The notes beneath the pieces are model-generated. The model did no database searches, had not been told where the DNA came from, and worked only from the letters and a program-made list of their open reading frames with translations. The translations under genes were made by a program, and so were the position numbers. 64,000 nucleotides of DNA from Callorhinchus milii (lineage: Eukaryota). The stretch lies in NCBI RefSeq assembly GCF_018977255.1, contig NW_024704751.1:9362001-9426000 (forward strand), written 5' to 3'. How positions within the stretch are numbered: position 1 is the first letter of the stretch; each line of letters opens with the position of its first letter. Positions 54,501 to 64,000 of this stretch are shown piece by piece.

Positions 54501-57500
54501 AAAAATATGAGGCAATTGGGTAACGTCACGAAGACGGCATCAGCGATACAGCATGCTCTGTAAGTATTAAAACTGTTGTCTTAATTGGTGTCAGAACGAA
54601 AGTATAAAAATTACTGATACAATTGACTGCCGTGTTTCGCTCACAAAATATACTGTCAATTCACTTTACTGTCAATTCTGTAAAGCACTTTGAGACGTCT
54701 CGAAGACGTGATAAGGTGCTATATCAAATGCAAGGATTATTATTATAAATATAGCAGAGAGCTGATATTGTTATTCTTACTTGTTAACAGTGACCACATC
54801 TTTAATGAAGAAAAAGGCTCTAAAGCGAATGCCAAAAAATTCATTGTTGTGGTGACTGATGGAGAGATATACCGCGATCCTCTGGATATAAGTGATGTTG
54901 TAAATTCGCTCAAAATGAACAATGTTGAGCGGTTTGCTATTGGGGTAAGCTTTTTATTCTTATTCCCTTGGGATTGTTAGTTAGTGACAGATTTATTAAT
55001 CCATAATTATTTCCTATGAATTTGCAGTGAATTAAAACCGGGGACTTATGTCAATACATCATGCCAAAAATGTGTAATTATGCATCAACAACACAAGTGA
55101 GTTTAACAGTTCATTTTTCCTCAGAATACCAGTCCGACTATCTTCCTTTAATAGCATCAAGCTGTTTCCTAAGTGTATCCAGTGTCCTGGCCCCTACCGC
55201 CCTTCCTAGTAAATATTCAGACTGTTAATTATTCTTTTGTAAATAAATACATTTGGGGATCTATTCTAACTTAGCCCTCACAAGCTTTTACACAGAGGCT
55301 TATTTGGACAGTAGACTTGAATAATGATTAATTTATCATTGATGATAATTTATATTGGCTTTGTTTCAGGAATTATGGTTAAGTAGTACTCCAAGAATTG
55401 TCTTTGGAACCCCCTTTGGAACTTGATCCCACAGTCCCTTTGCCTTACTCCCTCCCTTTCTTCCTTAAGGCACATCTTAAGACCCTCCTCTTCGACCCTG
55501 CCTTCGACAACCTTCCTACCCCTGCCCTCCATCCCCTCCTCGGATCCAGATCCCTGACTATCCAACGCATTGGGACGTCCTCCGGACGTGAAAGGCGCTG
55601 TGTAAATTTAAGTTGTTATCTTTCAGTTCTTTGAAGATTTTCTACTTGTTGCCCACAAATCCTATCGACAGACACTTTTTTTTAAACCTTTGACGATTTC
55701 ATTCCCTCTTCAACTACTAATATGGTTGTCCTCGTTTTCTCTACTCATATCAAGTGAATCTCACACATTTTCTTCCAAGATCTTCCAAGGAAGCTTGTTT
55801 CGGGCCAACATTTCTTTTCTCCTCGACTCAATAAAACCCATGACTGCCCAAGCCTTGAATTTGCTATAGTCCACTATTTTTCGTTTGTGGTTTATGTTCC
55901 TCTAACTAGGTTGGAGATGCCACTAAGAAACCAAAACCCGTGGAAGAACTGAAACTAATCGCTAGTGATCCAGATGATAAGCACTTGTTCAGTGTGGATA
56001 ACTATGCTGCTTTAGATGGACTGCTGGAAAATCTGGAAAAAAATATTGTTGGAATTGAAGGTAACATTATGTCTATGGTTGTATTTCAATTGCTTATCTT
56101 GAAGTCACTGTTTTCCTTGCTCGCCACAAGCCAGTTAATGGAAATGATGATAATGATCTTCAGATTCCGAAGAGACCATAGTTGATTCGATTAGTCTTTC
56201 AAAAAAATTAACACTGAAATTACCAGAGCGGGTGACCTATGGCAAATTATTGTCCCATCCATTTGTACAGCAAATACACACTATCGAATCAAACAATTTA
56301 GCAGCGCAAAGCTTCAGTAATACTTCTTTAGCGCATTACATACCATCCAAGGAAAGCAACACAACCTGGAGTTACAATCAGAATTCGCTGGGAACACTCA
56401 GCAGGTCAGGCAGCATCTAAGGAGAGGAAGAAAGTGAGTTAACGTTTCAGGTCAATGATCATTCGTCGGAATAGTAAAACAATTTAAAGTGTTATGATTT
56501 CCAAAGTTCATTTCTGCTACCTTTGTGTTATATTAGTTTTGTGAATTTATTCAACAGGCACTCAAGGCGCCTTTGAAATGCAGCTGGCACAGGCTGGATT
56601 CAGTGCACAATATACCCAAGATGTAAGATTTTGTGACATTTACATTGTGTTATGTTTTTGCAGTTACTTTGTTTAAAGGTGTGAAAATCGGTTTGAAAAA
56701 CAGTTATAACTCGCGCTCTAACAAAGTGCCTGATAATGGGGGTCACCCTCTATTACAGTTGTGATTTCATCACTTTAACCTGACATTGACTGCAGCCCAG
56801 ACAGAAGGATGACATTTTCCTCCTTGTTTCTTAAAATATTAAAGTATTAACTATTAAATATCAAAAGTATTTGATATTAACGTTTTAAAATAACATATCC
56901 ACGTTAGATTGGTTTTAATAAAAAAACAAAAAAAAATTATGACCGTGATTATCACAATTGATTTTTGTTGTAACGTCTTGTGTTATTACCCCCTGTAGGG
57001 CAACATATTAATTGGTGCAGTAGGGGCATATGATTGGGCTGGAGGAGTTATAATGTACAATGAAACAAGTCAAAAGGTACAATTTCTAAATGAGTCTAAA
57101 CCATCAGAGGATACAACCTATGGTTACCTCGGTAAGTTTGACCCTAACAACTTGATATACGTCTATTTGCATAATTGTCAGAACTGTTTTCAGTAGCAGA
57201 ACTGGGGAACTATGCGCCTTTTGAAATGTGTTGTAGCTACTGTAGTTAAGAATTGTCGTCGGCTTTTTTGTGGGTAATAATTCCTTTTTAAAAAAATTTA
57301 CAAAACAATATGAATAATTTGGCCACTCAATCCACGACTGTTTGTGAGACACCGCTGTGCGCAATTGGCTGACGCGTTTCACCCACAAAATATAATCAAC
57401 TCACTTATCGTTTCATTCTGAAAGTGTGTCACACAATGAATTATTTTGAAGTGCTGTGGGTGTATAAATCGAGCATTAATACATGCGTAGTCTTGAAAAA

Positions 57501-60500
57501 CAGTTCTGTTAATATCTATTTCTGTGTTGCAGGGTACAGTGTCACTACAGTAAAGGGAGCAAGCGGGGACATGTACATTGCTGGAGCCCCTCGCTACAAC
57601 CAAACTGGCCAAGTCCTAGTATTTGAAGCGGGAGCGTCCAACACAATAAAGCATCGTCTGAAAGGCAAACAGGTACTTTCACTTGTTTCAACTTGTCATT
57701 TAATACTGATAAATGTAATAACTTACTTTGGTGTGGAATTAAGTTTGAAATTTTAAGTCCCAATGTGATATTAATACCGCATTGGAATCTAATGATGTTC
57801 AGTGATAGGGGCTAAAGATAAGGTTTTGTGGGGTAAACCCACAAAACATACAGTCAATCCACTTTACAATATATTCTGTGAAGCTCTTTGAGATGTCTCA
57901 ACGACGTGATAAGGCACCATATCAGATGCAAGCATTAATATTATTACTAACATTAATTGAACATTTCCCTCTTCGTTACAGCTTGGATCCTATTTTGGCT
58001 CAGAGCTGTGTGCTCTTGATCTAAATAGAGACGGTGCAACAGACTATCTGCTGGTTGGTGCACCGTTCTATCACAAACAAGGAGAGGAGGGAATAGTTTA
58101 TGTCTACCATCTGAATGAAAAGGTATGAATTGTCTGGATTAAAAGGCCGGGTTACCTCCTTGCAGTCTGAAGTATGGAACAGCTGAGAACAATCTAAACT
58201 GTTCCCATCATGGTGTTTCTAATGTTAACTGCCTTAACTGTAAGGTTAAAAAAAATCCAGATATTATGTACCTATGCACCTGTAATCTGTGTGTGTGTGT
58301 GTGTATATGTGTTTCGCTTACATGTCCATCATATGAACTGTTTCCTAGAGAAATTCACACTTGACACTAAGCTCAATTTCTCTTGTGAAATCACCTGGTG
58401 GTTTAATAAGATAATAATATTCCTTCAACAGCTGATGCACATTGTGGAGAGAGCTGTACATAGCTCTCAGCACACAGGAGGGCAATCTAATAGCAATTAC
58501 CAGTTCAGTTCCTCCAACATTCAAACTAACACATCCCCAGAAACAAGCAGAACCCGACAAAGATAAGTAAGTGGTTTAAAAGTTCCACGTTCACTGAGAC
58601 TGAAAAATGTGGAACTCGAAGCTGCTTGTTGATGCGTGAAACCAATTCCTGACAAGTTAACTGGAACCAATTCCTGATCTGGAGTCCTGTAGCTCAGTGG
58701 TTAGAGCATTCGCCTCACAAGCGAGAGACCTGGGTTTGATTCCTGGCAGTGTGAAACCCTGGGCAAGTTTCCTTACTCCACACGCCTGATAATAAGCCCT
58801 CAAGAAAAAAAAGCAATAATAAATTGGTCACTTCACTCCACAACTGTTTGTGGGACGCTGCTGTGAGCAATTAGCTGCCGCGTTCCGCCCACAAATATAC
58901 AGTCAATTCACTTTACAGTATATTCCGTGAAGCGCTTTGAGACTTCTGGAACACGTGAAAAGCGCTATATCAAATGCAAGGATTATTATTATTATTTTAA
59001 GTTCCATAAGTAAGATTTTCTGAGACCGGATGAACCGCAGGCAGTTTTTTTCTAATTCCTTTATTTTTGCTTATTGAACAGAATTACTTTGAAGAAAAAG
59101 GAAATCTAAGTGGTTTACTCCGATTTACCAGAGCCAGGTTTGGGTTTGCGATTGCAAACATAGGTGATATCAATAAAGATGGCTACAATGATATTGCTAT
59201 AGGAGCACCTCTGGAGGAAGATGGCACAGGAAGTATCTACATCTTCAATGGGAATAAAGACAATGGGCTGGAGACCCATTCCCAGGTCAGTGTGTTCATT
59301 TTAAGACCGGTCTCATAATTTTCTAATGGCCTTGTTGTTTCATGTGCCAAATCTTACAAATGATTCATTCCACCTGAACCTTTCCTGTAGCATTCTATAT
59401 GCGGATCTTTTCTGTAATATTTTGAAAATAACCAATACATTATCATATTAAGACACTGGTGATCCAAGCAAATACACAATGTCTGCTTTAACTTTACTAT
59501 GTTTAGAGGATACCAGGAAAAGAGGTTAAAACTGGGCTGCAATACTTTGGACAATCAATTGGTGGTGCAACAGATGTGGATGAAGATGGGTTGATCGATA
59601 TAACAGTTGGTAGCTGTGGTGCTGTTGTTGTACTGAGGTATGTAAGAACATAAGTTATTATGTTAGTCAATTGGCAGATCGATCCAGAGGGTAACAATCC
59701 CTCCAACAACAACAAAAAATTATAATTTAGTCATTCAATCCACGACTGTTTGTGGGGACGCCGCTGTGCGCAATTGGCTGCTGTGTTTCGCCCACAAAAT
59801 ACACAGTCACTACACTCTACAGTATGTTCTGTGAAGCACTTTGAGGTATTTCAACAATGTGATAAGGCGCTTTATCAATTGCAAGGATTATTATTATTAT
59901 TTTTATTAGATTGCCAAATATGCTGAATTTCAAATCCCTAGAAATCATATTAAACCGTAGTGTTATATTCGGGCCACACCTAAACCGCACACAGTGTTGG
60001 GTGGTAGTTCTGTAGGCAGTGTAGAGGGAGAGCAAGGCATTTGCTAGGTTCCATCATTTGGGACACTTGGATCCATTTAAGTGATGATGTGAATAAGTAT
60101 GTGCTCCTCAGGAACACTCAGGTATCAGTGCTTTGCAATTAATCATTTTCTTGAAAGGATATAATTCTATTGTATTTAATTTTATACTTTAATAAGTTAC
60201 GACTTTTTTACAGCTCAAGGCCAGTTATCAATGTAATTGTCACCGTGACATTTTCTCCAGAAAGCATACCTCTGCCTTCCACAACTCACCAAAGACAGGA
60301 ACAACTTATTCACGCAACTGTATGTTTTACCACTGGATCGAACTTTAAATCAATAGGTAATGTTAGCGCAATATTCTACGTTGCAGAACTGAATGTATTT
60401 ATTTGTGTTTAGTCTGGTTTCAAAGGGGAGTGGAAGGATTTTGAGATCAGAAGTCAGACTTTCACTGTACAGTACTGATGATGGGATCAGAATGAGTGGA

Positions 60501-63500
60501 ATATACAGTATAAATACACTGAAATGTGGAACATTGTGAGTGGATTGAGGTCCTATAGGAAATGTAACATACAGGGAAGGTCTGAGATCAGATTATGAAA
60601 GAGATAATATGAAGAGCCCTGAGTTATGCCATCTTGGACAGAGTGATAACAGAATAAATCAATGATGGCAAAACTCTAGGATTGAAGATGTCGATGTTTT
60701 CCTCAGAGTCTGTTATTCTATGTAATAAATACTGAATTGTTTCAAATGTATTTACCCTTGTGCTGCATTACTGATAGTTTAATGCTGATTCAACATCGGG
60801 TAAGGCAATAAAACAACTTGGGTAAATTGAGAGAAAAATCTGACCATTATATAATATACTGAAATATACTTATAATAAATTGTAAGCATTTTATTCTCCA
60901 TGGCATTACAGATTTGAGCAACACGAATGCTAATTATACTATAATCCTGGATACAAAGCAGAAAATCAAAAGAGTGAAGTTTACAAATAACGTGAATCCT
61001 TACACTTTATCAAGTTTTGTGACACTCTCCTCTGATGTCTGTGAAAGTTATAACCTCACTATACAGGTAAGATGGGATTGTTTAATAATGCAAAAGAAAT
61101 CTGCTTACATTTTCTATGCAATAATCAAATAGGTACAGATTTTTTTCCCCAGTAAATGTACATCAATAAATGTATATTTTGTAATGCAGTGTATATCTGA
61201 AACCTATCTTTAAAATGGCAAACCTCACCTCACCCTCCATCTGAGGGCTTTATCTTGAATGTGAAGTCCTGTAGTGTCGTGGTTAGAGCATTCGCCTTGC
61301 AAGCGAGAGGACCTGGGTTTGATTCCCGAGCAGGGAGAAACGTTGGGCACGTTTCCTTACTCCACACGCCTCTGTTTCACTAGCAGTATGTTAAGGGAAT
61401 TAGCTATGCCTATGAGGAATGAATGAATGATTAGACAAGCTGGGGCTCTTCAGCTGGGTTCCAGATATATTTTACATATATTTGTGTATTTTATATTTCA
61501 GCGCTGCACCACTGACTGTGTCTCAGACGTCGATGTAGAGGTGAACTTTACACTGGACAACACTGAAAAGAAGAATGAACTCCCGTTACCAGTTCTTGAT
61601 AAATTTAAGGATGTGTCTGTACATTTTCAGGTAAAACCCAGAAATCATGAATCATTTAGAATTATCAAGTGTAATATTTGGGGTTATTGATTATGACTAT
61701 ATTGGTCTCCAGCTATTTTTTCAAGGAGTTAATTGACTCAGCAACATCTGCTTTCACTTGAAATATCCAGTGTTCTATGGGAAGCAAATCCTAATCTTTG
61801 GTCTTACTTTATAGACTTGTTAGTTTTATGTTCATGGTCCAAGTCAAATAATCTCCTTACATGCACATCATTTTTGTCTCAATATTTTAAATATTGGATT
61901 ATAACTTTCTTTTCCTTTTCTCTAATGTAAACAAATTCAATTATGTATGTATGCATTTGCACCCAACGTATTGGCTCATTTCTCAGCACTCACTCCGATA
62001 ATAACGTCCACAAATATACGGTCGATTCACTTTACGGTCTATTCTGTTAAGCGCTTTGAGACGTCGAGACAACGTGAAAAAGCGCCAAATCAAATGCAAG
62101 GATTATTATATTAGGATTCTGAAACCAAAAATGTACATTGTTAGATCAAAACCCAAAGAGAAGTTATTTTCAGTCCTGGGTAACAAACAACTTGCAAAAA
62201 GGAATAGCTTCTGGCATTTCCACTATCTAAAGTTTCTATTTTTTTTAAACATAGTGCAGCAATATGAACAAAGAGTTTCAGAAAGCTTAAAAAATGTATT
62301 TCAGTCAAGGTTTACACATACGGTTTTACTTTTTTTTAACTTCACCTGTCAGCACAGGTGTTGTGCTTGTCTCCCTGGACCTGGCTGGTTTAGTTTGCTC
62401 TCAGCTCTGTGTTGCTGAAAACATTTGAGTATCATTACAATAATAAAACTAGTTCTATGGAGTCCTTTAGCTTAGTGGTTAGAGCACCTGCCTCGCAAAC
62501 GAGAGGACCTGTGTTTTTAGACATCTCGAAGACGTGATAATGCTCTATATCAAATGCAAGTATTATTATATTAAAGTCATAATGGTCTTATTTTGAGAAA
62601 AGTAGATATTTGTTCTGATACTTTTGAAATTGGGCCATTTAGAAAAAGTAGAATGGTGAGTTTATAACTAGGTGTTTTCTTTTTATTACTTTACTCCGTG
62701 ATTTTGAAAGTAGACTCTACATTTTAGAAACTTTAATCTATTTTGTTCATTCATCTACTAAAATACAAATAGTTTGTGATATTCTACAATTTCATAAACA
62801 ATTTTTTCTGTTAGCTTCCATTTCAGAAGGACTGTGGCCCTGATAATATCTGCCTTGCCAAATTAAATTTGATGTCCACTTTGTCACCGTAAGTTAATTT
62901 TATTACTTTAAACAAATAATATCTGTCAACGGTGCTAATTTCACTTGTGCTTTTTATGTGAATCTGTCACAGCATTACCTCTGCATTTCAAGTGTTGCGC
63001 ATGAGGTTCATAGTGTTTGCATTTGTGTTTTGTTAGCTATACAGCAGAGGGTGTTTTCCTACCAGGATTGACTGGAAAATACATGAGGACTGAGCTTGGA
63101 TAAGCCTCATTTTTCACAATAATTAATATAATAGGTGTCATCTTAGCTCATTCAGTTGGGTTGCACTCTTGCCTCTGAGTCAGGACTTTGAACTCACATT
63201 GTCCAGGCTGACACTCTAATTCGATGATCAGAGTTACTGCCCTTCGGTTGAGATGTTAACCTGAGGTCTCGTTTGCCTATTCAAGTGAATGTTAAAGATC
63301 CCATAGGGCTCTAGAAAAGAAGAGTATTTCTCCTGGTGTCCTGGCCAACACTATTCAAGTAAGATTGATCATTTGTTTCACAGCTGTTTGTGAGACATTG
63401 CTCTGTGCAAATGGGCTGACGTGTTTGCCCTCAAATACACAGTCACTCTACTTTGAGTAAATCGTGTGAAGCACTTTGAAATGTCCTGATGTGCTATACT

Positions 63501-63985
63501 AAATTCAAGGATTGTATTTGATTGTATAATAATCCTTGCATTTGATATTGCGCCTTTTGTTATCAAGATACATATGGTGTTAGTAAAGATTAAAGCAGAC
63601 AGGATGAATGACGCATTGATTAATTTGATTTGAAACTGGTTTACCAATACAAAGCACAAAATGATAACTGCAGCCAAAACCCTCTCGCAGTCATGTCAGA
63701 ATGCAACTTGTGCCTACTGTTCATATTTATAAATGATAGGACAGAGGTTCTAACTATTGGAGACTATCATGACTCTGATAGAATAGTTACGCTAACAGTA
63801 TTGTTAACTTCTGTTTGAATGTTACCAACACACATTCATTTCATTCTTCAAGCGCGAACTGGATTGTTGGTTCCACTGCAAATGTGACTATGGACATGTG
63901 TCTGTCGAACAAGGCGGCCTCGTATTTCACCACCATGGATATATCCCACCCAGATAATCTTGACTTCAAGTTTGTAAGATCAGAG
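45582..63985 (+). CDS. ITGAE: Integrin alpha-E (CD103)-like, 3' truncated; exons 45582-45609 (tentative), 50064-50169, 50284-50387, 51324-51388, 51572-51686, 52374-52460, 53000-53047, 53522-53643, 54405-54559, 54791-54944, 55910-56060, 56558-56622, 56999-57131, 57533-57672, 57982-58122, 59082-59285, 59507-59637, 60214-60356, 60912-61066, 61502-61630, 62815-62888, 63853-63985
   Basis: Signal peptide MISLLLLWLALKSSDS then mature FNID. The I-domain starts MEIAIILDGSGSIDAPDFQRAKTFI...CFE|CDFALVQYG, an alpha-E signature with MIDAS DxSxS, and continues with VTKTASAIQH, VVVTDG and DNYAALDGLL. FG-GAP repeats: GAVGAYDW, AGAPRY, LGSYFGSELCALDLNRDGATDYLLVGAPFYH, GDINKDGYNDIAIGAPLE. Thigh SRPV and genu LPFQKDCGPDNIC follow. 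Splice phases are consistent. Confidence 0.92.
46561..46869 (+). mobile_element. tRNA-derived SINE, short subtype, full length
   Basis: Family head, body and (ATT)n tail. Confidence 0.9.
58681..58996 (+). mobile_element. tRNA-derived SINE, short subtype, full length
   Basis: Family head, body and (ATT)n tail. Confidence 0.9.
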
Positions 63986-64000
63986 GTAAGATAGCTGATT

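Overview
Vertebrate genomic DNA, most likely a cartilaginous fish; this is inferred from the tRNA-derived SINE/L2/CR1/Deu-SINE/Penelope-type repeat landscape. Five protein-coding genes can be reconstructed exon by exon: the 5' end of NCOR1 (minus strand, runs off the left edge), PIGL (+, 7 exons, head-to-head with NCOR1 across a CpG island), CENPV (-, 5 exons, tail-to-tail with PIGL), a five-unit polyubiquitin gene UBB (+, 1-nt deletion in unit 3) and integrin alpha-E ITGAE (+, about 22 exons, runs off the right edge). Introns and intergenic DNA carry many copies of a young tRNA-Ala-like SINE with an L2-type tail, plus older Deu-domain SINEs, L2 and CR1 3' ends, a Tigger-like MITE and a Penelope-type repeat. 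The best leads are an intact-looking minimal hammerhead ribozyme (43263-43297), a poly-Asn two-exon X-domain in ITGAE, SINE tails occupying branch-point zones of several exons, a nuclear-receptor/RFX/C/EBP motif cluster upstream of NCOR1, and duplicated CTCF-like motifs between UBB and ITGAE. I see no convincing wholly new multi-gene system. All calls were made by eye, without database searches.
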